Source of the DNA: Octopus sinensis
Lineage: Eukaryota
Length of the DNA: 64,000 nucleotides
Assembly (NCBI RefSeq): GCF_006345805.1
Contig: NC_043012.1
Span: 24,180,001 to 24,244,000, forward strand
Direction of reading: 5' to 3'
Shown here: one piece after another, positions 50,835 through 63,654 of the stretch
Layout of the letters: each line of letters begins with the position of its first letter
How positions within the stretch are numbered: position 1 is the stretch's first letter
Notes under the pieces: model-generated
Told to the model about the DNA's origin: nothing
Databases searched by the model: none
The model's input: only the letters and a program-made list of their open reading frames with translations
Translations under genes and position numbers: made by a program

Positions 50835-51250
50835 CTTCTGCAGCTGTGGCCAGGTGTTACAAAGTTCGCTTCCCAACCACATGGTTCTGAGTTCAATCCC
50901 ATGGTATGGCTCCTTGGGCAAGTGTCTTCTACTATTATAGCCCTGAGCTGATCAAAGCCTTTTGAATGGATTTCATAAAGGGAAATTAAAAGAACTCTGT
51001 TGTATATATATACATCTACACTGTGTGAGGCCAGGATGGTGGGGAAGGAGGGGAGAGACACTCCTGCTTGATAAATACTGTTGGCATGTCTATGTTCCCA
51101 TAACTTAGCAGTTCAGCAAAAAGAGTGATAGAATTACCAGGCTTAAAAAGAGAAAACAAAAGCAAGGGGGGGGGGGCTAGGGTCAATTGTTTGACTAAAG
51201 TCTTTTAGGTGGTGCCCCAGCATGGCCACTGTCCAATAACTGAAACAGAT
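50835..51250 (+). mobile_element. SINE group A
   Basis: cccaaccacatggttctgagttcaatcc...ccccagcatggcc. Confidence 0.8.
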
Positions 51251-51821
51251 TTATCTCTAACAGAAATGTATTAAATAATGTTTTGTTTTGTTTTTGCAAA
51301 TTTTTTTCTTCATTGGGTGTAGATGCGTGTTTTGTAGACAAAAATGGAGATATTCAACGTTCCGCATGTGTATCCTAGTTTTAAAAAGGCGGCATACATC
51401 ATAGACCTTTCAAAGGTGAGTAAAAGGGGTTGCCAGCAGAAAGGATCTTCGGCCACAAAGCCCTGCTTTCAGAAACCTGCCCAACTCATGGCAACATGAG
51501 AAAATAAACGTGTATGGTGGAGGGTAAGGCTGTCCAATTAAGAAGCTTGCTTTGCTACCTTGTGGCTTCAGGCACAGCACATTGGACAAAAGTCTTCTTT
51601 AGCTCAAGGCAGACCAATACCTTGCAAATGAATTTCCTAGACAGAAACTGTGTCAAGTCCATTGCGTATGTGTGTTTCTTTTGTCCCCTACAATAAATCA
51701 ATTAGCAACCAATGTTGGTTTGTTTACATCACTGTAACTGAGCAGTTCAGTAAACAAGATTGATAGAATAAATACCAGACTTATGAAGTGTAAGTACTGG
51801 GAGCGATTTGTTCAACTAAAC

Positions 51822-52145
51822 CAGAGGTTCTCAAATCGTTTGGGCCCCCCCACCTTCATGGCCACAATACCTCATTGCCCCCACCCCTATTTTTATGTAT
51901 AAATATACATTTTATATTTTACTAATTTATATATACTATGAACCATTTGATATTTAATATAATACAATTTGTGTACAATACTATAATAACATAAATTCAT
52001 AGCGTCCCCCGATCCACTTCTTTCCTCCCAACACCTCCTTTTTCTCTACCGTCCCTACTCCACCCCCTTAGGCACCAGCACCCACCTGGACTGTCTCAAC
52101 ACCCACTGGGGGGAGGGGTGATAGCGTCCACTTTAAGAACCTAAG
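51822..52145. mobile_element. hAT-like MITE with 8-bp TSD, inserted in a group A SINE
   Basis: TSD AACTAAAC at 51814-51821 and 52146-52153; ends cagaggttctcaaa / tttaagaacctaag. Confidence 0.75.
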
Positions 52146-52199
52146 AACTAAACCCTCCAAGATGGTGCTCCAGTATGGCCGCAGTCCAATGACTGAAAT

Positions 52200-52450
52200 A
52201 AAAAGATATATCTTGTATCTTATTTCAGCCATTGGACAGCGGCCATGCTGGGGCACCATCTTGAAGGGTTCAGTCAAATGAACAACCCAAGTATTTTATT
52301 TATTTGTTAAGCCAGTTCTTATTCTATCAGTCTCTTTTGCAAAACTGCTAAGTCACAGAGACATAAATAAACCAGCACTGGTTACCAAGTGGCGGCAGTG
52401 GTGGTGGGACAAACACAGACTCAAAGACACACACACACACACACAAAACT
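52200..52450 (-). mobile_element. SINE group A 3' part
   Basis: gcggccatgctggggcaccatcttgaa. Confidence 0.7.
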
Positions 52451-52777
52451 GTGTGTACTTAGGTGATTAAGCCAGCTACAATTCTAAACAGTACTCAATA
52501 CATTTAGAACAGAGTAAATCTTCAATGGAAATTGTACACACAAGCATATCATACACATACATGATTTTATAGGCGTACACACACACAATATATATATCTA
52601 CAGATTTATGTTTTAGTCTGATTCAGTACCAAATCAATAACAAGAAAAAAAAAATGAAATTTTAACAATTTACTCCAAACCAACAGACTAGTTGCAGAAC
52701 TCCTTAGGCTATTGAATTAAAAGTAGGAATGAAATGAGTTCTGTGTGGTGCTTATGTAGTTCTATATCATGGGAGAA

Positions 52778-52849
<72 letters not shown>

Positions 52850-55044
52850 TACATATACACATACGAATATACATGCACACATGCACAAGTATATATACGC
52901 ATACACATATATAAACGTACACACGTCAACATGCGCCTGAGAACAATCACATGCCTCGACACCCGAGTCTTGAGGAAGACTGCATTTTGTACCTCTTATT
53001 TACCATCGTGGGAATGGAAATCTGCAGAAGATGCAGAGAAATATTGAGACCAGGAAAGGTTTAGATGGCTAGCACTAGTCTTAAACAATTTTAAAAAGGT
53101 GGAGTGGGGAGAGACGGAGAGAGAGCTTGGAGAGAACAATTATTTATAACAATGTCATTTCAAAATAAGAAGAAAAAAAAAGAAGAGGGAAAAATATGGA
53201 AATTTTCTAATTTATTATTTTAAATAATAAATGTATATTAAATGAAAGAAAAAAATGTTTAAACCATTCCTTTTTGTTTTTTTTTTTCCCTTCTTTTTTT
53301 TTTTTCTAAATTTTAATTTTAGAGAAGAAATTGCAAGGGATATTTCGCAAACGTTGAATGCTGGTACTGATTGCTTTTGTGGTTCTGCAATATGGTGTAT
53401 AGCAACAGATGTGCAACAGGAAGAAATAAAATAAGGAATTAAGGGGGGAAAAAAAAAAGAACAAAAAAATTTTTTAATTTAAAGAAACTATGTAAATTCT
53501 ATTCTATAATTCTTATAAATTAATTTTTTGTTTTGTTTTGTTTTGTTTGTTTTTGTAAAAACAAAACATGCGTTGGGGGGTGGGGTAAAGAAAGATAAGT
53601 TTGCAAATTTGCCAAGTGCACTGAAGAGATTGTCAAAGAGGCTGGTAGAGAGAAAATGAGAGAAGAACGAACAGATAACTTCACAGAAAGAATTACAATG
53701 AAAAACTCCATTCTATAGACATGCAGAATCTTGCACAAAGAACAAACAAACAAAACAAGAGAAAACAATAAAGCAGCAGATTCCCAATGAAAATTATGCT
53801 TAAACTTTTCCTTAAAAACAGTAAAAGAGACAAGTGTATAGAAGAGGAAATTTCAAGGAAATAAATAGTTAAGGAAAATAAGAAAAAAAATAATACTTCG
53901 GAACAAGAAGAGGGAATAGGGGAGGGACTGAATGAGAGAGAGAGAGAGAAAGCAACTAACTTTAGCAGTCATAGAATTTGACTGAAACAGTTCTTAGAGG
54001 AAATGGTAAATTATCTTTGTTTAGGTTGAAGATGGATAACAAAACATTGAGCAAAGTTTTAGAACTCGCCATGAAAACAGTGAAAAACATTCTCTCTCTC
54101 AGCAGCAGAGATATAAAAGCCAGCACTTAACTAGACAATGATCAGAAGCTGCAAACAATCAGTAGATTATGAGCTGAATTATCTGAAAAGTAAACTTTCT
54201 TCTTCATCAGACAGACAAACAGACAGGTAGATAGACAGGCAGACAGACAGACAGCCAATGTTCTTTATGTAAGACAATCTGGCTCTTTCTTTATTTCTCT
54301 ATGTGCTACCGTTGTGTGGAAGTCGACGACAAATCCTTCACAGACAGCAACAACAGACAGCAAAGAAGATCTTTATATTTCAACCAAGAAAATAATAATA
54401 AAAATAATAATCCCTCATTCACACAATTTCTGTTCCGTCAGCAGCAGAAGCTTCATTTTTCCTTTTTTTCTTACTTTTCTAATGTGACATGTTTCATTGA
54501 ACAAAGAATAAATGATGCTAATCTTTCACATATAATCTAAATTGGTTTCATGTAAAAGAAAGATCGCTGCCTTCATTTTGTGCATTCATTTATAACAAAA
54601 AAGTTACTATTTTTTGTTGCTGTTATTATTATTATTATTATTATTATTATGTCTGCATTCAAACAAAAATATTTGTCTTTTTCTTGTATTTCCCTGATTG
54701 AATTATTTATTTTTCTTTAAACTTTCACACATACTTACATGTCAGTACAACCATACATATCTTCTTGCAAATGTCCTCTGCTTAGTTTGAAGCGTTGAAA
54801 AAAAAAAAAAAAAAAAAAAAACACACACTAACAACTCTGGCAGACTTCCAGATGAAATGAGCTAACAAACAAATGAAAATTAAGAGAGAAGAATTTTTTT
54901 TTTTTAAATTCAAGTAAATATATAAAAAAAAAAAAAAACCTAAACTTACGTAACTTTCATCATTAGGTTTTTAAATGAAGAAATACTTATTTCATCACAG
55001 GAACTATTCTTAGAAAATACAGACATAAAACGAAATCTATCATT

Positions 55045-55340
55045 TTTATGTTTTACTCATTTCAATCATTGGACTGCAGCCATGCCGAAGCACCAACCAC
55101 TTTAAGGGGATTTTTTAGTACAACAAACGAATTCCACTAATTATTTCCCAAAGTCTGGTTCTTATTTATCAGTCTCTTTTGCCAGACTTCAAAGTTATAG
55201 GGATGTAGACAACCCAAGACTGGTTATCATGCACCACTGCAAGAACAAACGCAGACACACCTTCAATGGTCTTCCTACATTGTCTATCAACCAAATCCAC
55301 TCTTAATTATAGCAGAAGACACTCATCCAAGCTGCCTACA
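55045..55340 (-). mobile_element. SINE group A, degenerate
   Basis: ttcaatcattggactgcagccatgc...atagcagaagacac. Confidence 0.65.
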
Positions 55341-55419
55341 TACTGCCCACTTTGCATTGCTAATTTGTTCAACGGTGAAGTAATTTAGATACATTTGTCA
55401 AGTGCAAAAAAAAACAAAC

Positions 55420-55782
55420 AAAAAAAAAACAAGTTGCTAACCAACCACATGGTTCCGGGTTCGGTCCTACTACGTGGCACCTTGAGCGAGTGTCTTCTAC
55501 TATAAGCCTCGGGCTGACCAAACCCTTGTGAGTGGATTTGGTAGATGGAAACTGAAAGAAGCCTATTGTATCTATGTGTGTGTGGGTCCGTGGTTGTCCT
55601 TCACCATTGCTTGACAACCAATGCTGGTGTGTTTACATCCCCGTTACTTAGCGGTTCAGCAAAAGAGACCAATAGAATAAGTACTAGGCTTACAAAGAAT
55701 AAGTCCCGGGGTTGATTTGTTCGATGAAAAGCGGTGCTCCAGCATGGCTGCAGTCAAATGACTAAAACAAGAATAAAAGAAA
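55420..55782 (+). mobile_element. SINE group A
   Basis: ccaaccacatggttccgggttcgg...gcggtgctccagcatgg. Confidence 0.88.
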
Positions 55783-56129
55783 CCAATAGTTTAATGTGTT
55801 GTGTTTACTCTTCACTGGGTATTTCTATAAATAAATTTTGTGATTACACTGGTTTTCAATATAATCAAAATTGTAAAGGTTCTTATGAAGTGCCCTGAGC
55901 AAAGTGTTGAAAGATTGTTGTGAGCCCTGCAACACCATGTTGTGGCTCGCATGGTGATGTCTCAGTAACTACGTTCCACTGTAATCATGGTCACTAAATG
56001 CTGAGCAATGGAGCAAAGTTGGCATCTTCAAGTTGTGGTGCTGGTGCCATATGATAGTTTCTATGGAAGGTCCACAAGACCAACACACATCCTAGACCAA
56101 TATCGGCAATCCTCCCAGCCTGCTAAACA

Positions 56130-56480
56130 TTGGGGGCTCCAGCACATAAGCCCTTACTTTTAATGGCTGCTGTGCATGATTGTGGCTTTAAACTGGTTGA
56201 TACCCGCTCCCTATTCTCCTGAATTGGCCCCATCTGACTATCATCAGATGAAAAAACTTTTGGCTGGGAGCTAGTATTGCAGTGATGATGATATCATGTC
56301 TGCTGTTGATGAGGATTTTGACCAACAGGATGAAAGCTTCTTCCCCAATGGAATCCAAGCACTGCAACACCAATGGAAGAAGTGAGTAGACTGCAAGTAG
56401 GTGGGGAAGAAGGACAATGCTGAAAAATAAACCTCATTTGATCACATTCCGTGATAATATAATTGGTCAGCTTGTGAACT
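56130..56480 (+). mobile_element. mariner transposase 3' remnant
   Basis: PYSPELAPSDYH, DDIMSAVDE, FFPNGIQALQHQWKK. Confidence 0.8.
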
Positions 56481-56769
56481 TTTAAGCTGGCTATCATAAT
56501 AGCTTTGGTCACAAAAAGAATATTTCTATACTTATAAAGATATCATTTTCATAAAGACTTGACAAATTCCACTAGTGTCTTGTGTACTGTTTTGTGGTGG
56601 TTTGATTTTCAGCAACTGCAGAACTGTCAACTCAGTATCTGTGTGGCTAAGAAGTTTGCTTCTAAAAACTCAGTTTTGCATGGTGCTTTGGGTGAGTGTC
56701 TTCTTATATAGTTCCAGACCAACAAAAATGTGAGTGGATTAAGTATATGATAACAGAGAGAAGGTTGTT

Positions 56770-56945
56770 ATATATATATATATATACCTCAGAGTAAGCA
56801 CATAAATGTGAAATAAGGTAGAGAAATAGTACTTGAATACCAGAGGTAGAGTAACATGCTTTAAATTCTCAACCAAAACTGTCCGACAAATGGGAACGTG
56901 AAACTGAGTAACCGTTTTTGTGATGTCTTTGCAGCTTTATTAATA
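56770..56945 (+). mobile_element. short repeat (inverse of the 8581-8730 family) with a central hammerhead-like motif
   Basis: CTGTCCGA-caa-ATG-GGAA-CGT-GAAAC-TGA-GT-A at 56879-56910. Confidence 0.5.
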
Positions 56946-56949
56946 AAGT

Positions 56950-57650
56950 ATATGTGGAATCCAGAGTAGAGGGAGACCTAGGAAGACATGGGATGAGGTG
57001 GTAAAGCATGACCTTTGAATGTTGGGCCTCACAGAGGAAATGACGCAAGACAGAGACCTCTGGAGATATGCTGTGACTGAGAAGACCCGGCAAATAAAGT
57101 GAGATCACAGCTGTAACCTACACCAGTGTGGCATAACGAGCCAACTCAAAAAGTACCCTTGGATCGTAGGGCAATGTACGATGCTTGAGGAGACCTATTG
57201 AGTCAAGTACATCAACATCAAAATGAAATGAAATCAAATGGAAATTGTAGTTGTGGTCCCTGTGCAGGTGGCACATAAAAAGCACCATTCCGAATGTGGT
57301 CGATGTCAGCCCCCTCACCCCAACTAACTTCTGTGCTGGTGGCAAGTAGAAAGCACCGTCCGAACATGACTGATGCCAGCACTACCTTGACTGGCCCCTG
57401 TGCAGGTGGCACATAAAAAGTACAATCCAATCGTGGTCGATGCCAGCCTCCTCTGGCCCGTGCCGGTGGAGGCTAGAAAAAGGCACCCACTACACTCTCG
57501 GAGTGGTTGGTGTTAGGAAGGGCATCCAGCTGTCGAAACATTGCCAGATCAGACTGGAGTCTGGTGCAACCCACTGGCTTTCCAGACCCCAGTCGAACCG
57601 TCCAACCCATGCCAGCATGGAAAACAGATGTTAAACGAGGATGATGATGA
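56950..57650 (+). mobile_element. RTE LINE 3' end: ORF C-terminus, 3' UTR subrepeats and (GAT)n tail
   Basis: RGRPRKTWDEVVKHDL*MLGLTEEMTQDRDLWRYAVTEKTRQIK* followed directly by the UTR seen in orphan copies. Confidence 0.88.
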
Positions 57651-58567
57651 TGTGTATGTATGTATGTATACACTCGTTTGTGTGTGGATGTATTTACTTC
57701 CTTGTTTTAGCATCATTCATTACCAGTATTCTGCAAAACCAATTCTAGTTGGGGCTGGTGGTAGTGAAGTATTACTCTGCTTGAGAACAGGCAAGTGTTG
57801 GCAACAGAAAGGGCATCCAGTCATAGAAAATCCACCAAAGTAAACTCTGCCCAATCCATCCAAGCATAGAAAAGCAGACATTAAAAATGATATACTTTAG
57901 AGCCAACCAAGGACAGATGATGATGATGATAATGATGAAGGAAGAATATAAAATTAAGCAATTCTGTCCCATCCCAAACCCCAAAGACAACTAAAATTTC
58001 AATACTGCAAGATAATAATAGACTTCTTGATTTTAGAGTGCAGCAAGCCATTCCAACTTAACAGCTAAGGGGACTGGGTCACAAGGTTTGAGTGTTGTGT
58101 TCACGGTCACAGTCCAGTGAACATGGATGCAAAAGCAAACAAATCTCATCGTTAGATGATTGTCGTGTTCACCAATTAATGCAGCTTTTCACACTCTCTA
58201 TGTAAATGAAAACCATATCCTATCACTTTATTTTCATACTGTATAATTTTTGTCTATTTATAACTTACTAATTGCTTTGCTTTGATCAGAAATTTCCCAG
58301 AATTTTTTTTCCATTTCTGATTTTTTACAACTAACCAACACAAAAAAAGAAAAAAAAAAGTTCACTCCTCTTGGAAAGAACTCACAAAAGTCAGAAGAAA
58401 TTAATATTAAATGGAAGGACAACTTTTGAGTTTGTTACTGTAGCTACTTTTATGATTCCTTTAGCACTACTTGGGTGAAGTACAGCATAGGTTATGCTTA
58501 ACTGGGGTCTAATAAGACCGAACTCTGTGCAGAATTGTCTGCCTTACTTGCCAAAAAATTAATAACC

Positions 58568-58765
58568 CTTTTCTCTTTTACTTGTTTCAGTCATTTGACT
58601 GCGGCCATGCTGGAGCACCGCCTTTAATCGAGCAACTCGACCCCGGCACTTATTCTTTGTAAGCCCAGTACTTATTCTATCGGTCTGTTTTACCGAACCG
58701 CTAAGTGACAGGGACATAAACACACCAGCATCGGTTGTCAAGCAATGCTAGGGGGACAAACACAG

Positions 58766-58796
<31 letters not shown>

Positions 58797-58959
58797 CGAC
58801 GGGCTTCTTTCAGTTTCCGTCTACCAAATCCACTCACAAGGCTTTGGTCGGCCCGAGGCAATAGTAGAAGATACTTGCCCAAGGTGCCACGCAGTGGGAC
58901 TGAACCCGGAACCATGTGGTTGGTAAACAAGCTACTTACCACACAGCCACTCCTGTGCC
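58568..58959 (-). mobile_element. SINE group A, full length
   Basis: Close match to 3473-3853. Confidence 0.9.
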
Positions 58960-59179
58960 TTTTACTGCAGAATTTAGATATATTCACGCAAAATTTCATT
59001 ACCCATAATGCAGTTTTATATACCACTCTCACTTTTCTTAAGAAATGTCATGTTTGTAACTATTTTTGTGTGTCAAGCTAATTGATGCAATGGGACTTGC
59101 TAAAAATACCAGTTCTGGCTTTATTTTTGAAGATATTTAACATTATAACCAACATAACTATGAAATTTAATTCTACAAT

Positions 59180-59330
59180 AAAAGGAATTAAAAAGCTACC
59201 TTCTCAACTACATGGCTTTGGTTTCAGTCCCAATATGTGGCACCTTGGGCAAGTGTCTTCTACCATAGAAATGGGCTGACCAAAGTTTTCTGGGTGGATA
59301 CGGTAGACAGAGCCTGGAGGCAGCCATTCA
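59180..59330 (+). mobile_element. SINE group A 5' part
   Basis: ggtttcagtccc...ggcaccttgggcaagtgtcttctac. Confidence 0.7.
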
Positions 59331-59896
59331 TGTACAGTGGAATTTAAAACAATAAGTTACCCCCTCTTCAGCACACTATATCTGCTTAGATTTTTGTCTA
59401 TGTTCTTTATTAAATATGTTTACCCCTATTTAGGTTATTGTGAAAAATCCCCTTTTATCTGATTAGTGAACTACTTTCAACTAAGAGCAGGCTCGCTTCT
59501 GGCACCATTCTCACAGCTATCATAGTTTATAGAACCAACTTTTTGGAAACAGCATCTCCTTTCATCTAACCATTCTCTTCAGGTAGATCTTGAAGTTCAT
59601 GAAAGCATGGGTGAAGAGAAAGGTACCTATCGATCTTCAGTCGTTCAAGTTTTTTTCTGCTATAGAATCTTGCTATTTCTACCAGGCAGTAAAAGCTACC
59701 TGTCCTTCTCTGCCAAGAAAGGTGATGGAATAATATGGACTCAGATGATCACTGGTTCCAAAGCAACAGAAGTTGTTGGACACATTCCTGCAAGTCATAG
59801 GGCCAGGTGTGGGTGAGTGGTTAAGAAGTTTCCTGTGCAACCACATGGCTTCCGTTTCCATCCCACAGCACAGTATCTGGAGTAAGTTCAATGATA

Positions 59897-60160
59897 TCCC
59901 TTAAGTTAAGTTAATTTTTTGGCTCAAAAAGCAAGGCCATGTAGGGGGGCATGGAATTATTTACAGGGTGGTGTTCATTCAAAGAGTTCAGGCCATTTGT
60001 GGTCAAGGGAGACTTTGAACCGAGCGGTCGTTGGCATCTTCACTATCTCGTCCGGCAGCTCATTCCGCAACCCGGACGGAGAAAGCCCCTGTCCTTCGAT
60101 TGAGATGAAATCGTCGCAGATAGAGCTTTTCGGAGTGACCCCACAGCCAACGCTCTGGAG
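59897..60160 (-). mobile_element. CR1-type LINE 3' end inserted into a group A SINE (59800-59890 and 60170-60430)
   Basis: GHSEKLYLRRFHLNRRTGAFSVRV..NELPDEIVKMPTTARFKVSLDHKWPELF*; short-repeat tail. Confidence 0.85.
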
Positions 60161-60484
60161 CAGACGCCAACCAATTCCCTGTGAGTAAGATTGGTAAATT
60201 GAAACTGTGAGGAAGCACACAGTATGCATTTGTGCTTTTACTTGGCAACTGGTGTTGGTTTGTTTACACTCTTATAACTTAGCAGTTTGGTAGAAGAGAC
60301 AAAACAAGAACCAGACTTGGAAGGGGGAAACACACACACACACAGGTACTGGGGTTGATTTGTTCAACAAGAGGCTTCCAAGCAGAAGCCCCAGCATGGT
60401 CGCAGTCCAATGACTGAAACAAGTAAAAGAAAAGGTAAGAGCAATCAATCCATGAGAAAACAAAAGACGAAAAAAAAAAAAATT

Positions 60485-60791
60485 AAACAAAAAAATAAAA
60501 ACAGATTTGATCTTAAAACACAAAAGGATGTGAATGTATCTGAAGGTATTCTTTCCGAGTCTGGCACTAAATTGCCCTTTTCTGCCAATAACAAAAACAA
60601 CAATTACGTGAGGACAGTATTGGAATTATTAAAAACAAAAAAATAAAAACAGATTTGATCTTAAAACACAAAAGGATGTGAATGTATCTGAAGGTATTCT
60701 TTCCGAGTCTGGCACTAAATTGCCCTTTTCTGCCAATAACAAAAACAACAATTACGTGAGGACAGTATTGGAATTATTAAAAACAAAAAAA
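60485..60791. repeat. perfect 148-bp tandem duplication
   Basis: 60485-60643 is repeated at +148. Confidence 0.95.
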
Positions 60792-61109
60792 AAACAAAAT
60801 AAAATAAAAATTACACCTATCCCTTTTCGACTATTTAAAAAAAAAAAACATTTAATCTTATTTTATTCCCACCCCCCTCCCTGCCCCTAATGTTGTAATG
60901 TCAGCACCACAACAACAACAACAATAATAAATAACACTGAAAACATTAATAACAGAGTGTCTACTTCAGTAAGTACAATATAAATAATGACAACGACAAG
61001 AAGAACAAGAACACCAATAATAATAAGTGCAAGTACTTACACAGAAGCAAAAATAAAACACCAATAGACACCTAATTCATGTAAACACTTGCATTAAATT
61101 TTAACAAGT

Positions 61110-61117
61110 TCTCATTC

Positions 61118-61164
<47 letters not shown>

Positions 61165-61370
61165 TTATATACACACACATATATATATCTACCTATTATA
61201 TATACACACATATATATATACTTATATACACACATATATATATACTTATATACACACACATATATATACTTATATACACACACATATATATATACTTATA
61301 TACACACACATATATACTTATATACACATTTATTATATATACATACATATATGTGTGTGTGTGTGTGTGT
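61110..61370. repeat. (TA)n plus ~26-bp minisatellite (tatatatacttatatacacacacata)
   Basis: Direct. Confidence 0.9.
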
Positions 61371-61683
61371 ATATTTCCTAGTATTTAGTTTGCTGTTCGT
61401 ATTATTATTATTATTATTATCACTCTCACTACTCTTATTATTACCATTGTTATTGTTCATAATGCTTATTATATTATTATTATTATTACTATTATTTACC
61501 ATAACTTGTTTATCACTGATATTTGTAACGACAGTTATTTGTCGCTCTCGGTATTATTATTTTGTTTCAATTACATTTTTATTTTCATTTCTTATTTTTT
61601 TTTGCGAAAGCAAGGGGAGAGAGAAAATTTATCATGGGAATGTTTGGAGGTGCATGTGTGTGTGTATACACAAATTTTTTTTA

Positions 61684-61738
<55 letters not shown>

Positions 61739-62585
61739 CTTTCTAACAAAAAAATTAAAAGAATTAAAAATAAAATTGACAAGAGAGATACAAGTTAGGG
61801 GGGGAAAAAAAAAAAAAAAAAAAAAAAAAAGGAGAGAGACATATTTCTAAAAATTGTTCAAATTGTTGTAGGGGGAGCAGGGAGAGGAGACAAAACATCA
61901 ACGATACAAAAACAACCAACAGAAACAAAAGTAAAAAAAAAAACAAGTATGATTTAATTACCTACAACAGAGCCTCTTATGACACTTCAAAAGATGGTTT
62001 TTGTATTCAACAGTCTCATTTAATGTCTTTTGTTGTAATTCTTCCTATATTTCTACTTATGTACCTACATAAGAGAGAGGCAGTGTGTGTGTGTGTCTAC
62101 ATACAAAAATATAGATACATGTATCTATAAATATATTTGTGTAGATATATATATATATATATATATATAAATACATGTGTGTGTGTGTGTGTGTGTGTAT
62201 ATATAAATAGATACATGTACAGAGATGTAAGTCCATACACACACACACACACAATGTGTGTCTTATGAACATAATCATATAGAGAGACTTTTACATACAT
62301 TAAAAGTTCATTTATAAAACTCACACACTAAAAAAAAACAAAAAAAACTCATATTTATCTATGCACTTTTATACATACATACATACATAGCGACACATGT
62401 GGGTGTATACATTATACATACACAAACATATTCAGAGATTTTTTTACATTACACATATGTGTTTATTGTTAAGTTTGATTTTATGATACGCAATAAAGTG
62501 TCTATGATTACAGGTTTGGTTATTCTTTACATTCGTACACAGAGAAGTGTATAGAAGGTTTGCGAACATTTGCTTTGAATGTATG

Positions 62586-62616
<31 letters not shown>

Positions 62617-63534
62617 CTCCACACACATTGCATACAATCATATAGATGCACCAACACATACAAGCTTATACATCATTCCACACACCATCAAATTTAAACA
62701 CATTTAATTGCGGGTATCAGTGATACATAGCTTCATTTAAAAATCACACACACACACATATATATATCCATAACATACACACTCTTAATTATAGATATAC
62801 ATATATTTTTCTGTACACAGACAGTACAATTGAAACACATAAGTAGATAGTTATCTACTATCGTGTGTGTGTGTGTGTGTGTGTTTGTAATAGATAACTA
62901 ACAACTAATGGTGCAAAAAGACTATACTTATCTGTCGCTCATTCTAATTTGCTTTCACACCATACTGACAAACCAAAACCTACAAAACCAACCTCACTCA
63001 CTCACTCTCCGATTGCTTCTTTTTAAAAGGAACCTTACATTAATGCATTTTAAGAGTAGAATAAAATGAAAATTAAAGCACCAATGAATTATTGCAGTGC
63101 AGCAGTGAAAGGATAAGGTAAGAGAAAGGTGTGGTGTGTGAGAGATAGAGCGAAGAAGGGGTAGAGGAAAGAAAGTGGTTGAAGAGGAGGAAATACTGTG
63201 ATTGTTCTTCAGAGTTGTTGTAAGTGTGAAACTGGAATTCAAATAAAATGACAGAATGATATATGGTGACTAGGAATGCCCTTTGTCTGCTGGAGGAACT
63301 GAAACAAAACAGATAACAATGATTTCTTACACAGGCATAAGGTCACAAATTTAGTGAAGATGCAGACGGGTGGGGAGTGGGTGGTGGAAATGGGGGAGGG
63401 GAGGGACGAAGACTGACCCCTCTCTTTCTCATCTTTGTTTACTCTCGCTGTCTGCCTGCAACTTTGCTTCCCAAATAACAGGCAACTACAGGTATGTCAA
63501 ATACCATACAACAAAAAGTTCTTCATTTATTAAT

Positions 63535-63652
63535 TCAATTCAATTTTTATTGGCTCAAAAAGCAAAAGCAAGGCCATGTAGGGGGACAGGGAGGGTGGTC
63601 ATACAAAGAGTTCAGGCCATTTCTGGTCAAGAGAGACTTTGAACCGAGCAGT
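63535..63652 (-). mobile_element. CR1-type LINE extreme 3' fragment
   Basis: Same sequence as 59.9-60.03 kb (ggctcaaaaagc...caaagagttcaggccattt). Confidence 0.85.
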
Positions 63653-63654
63653 CA

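Noticed and set aside
1-62659. Long ORFs rich in YI/CV/HT repeats (e.g. 12067-12786, 16416-17090, 41242-42079)
   Set aside because: They are translations of TA/TG/CA microsatellites, which lack stop codons in several frames.
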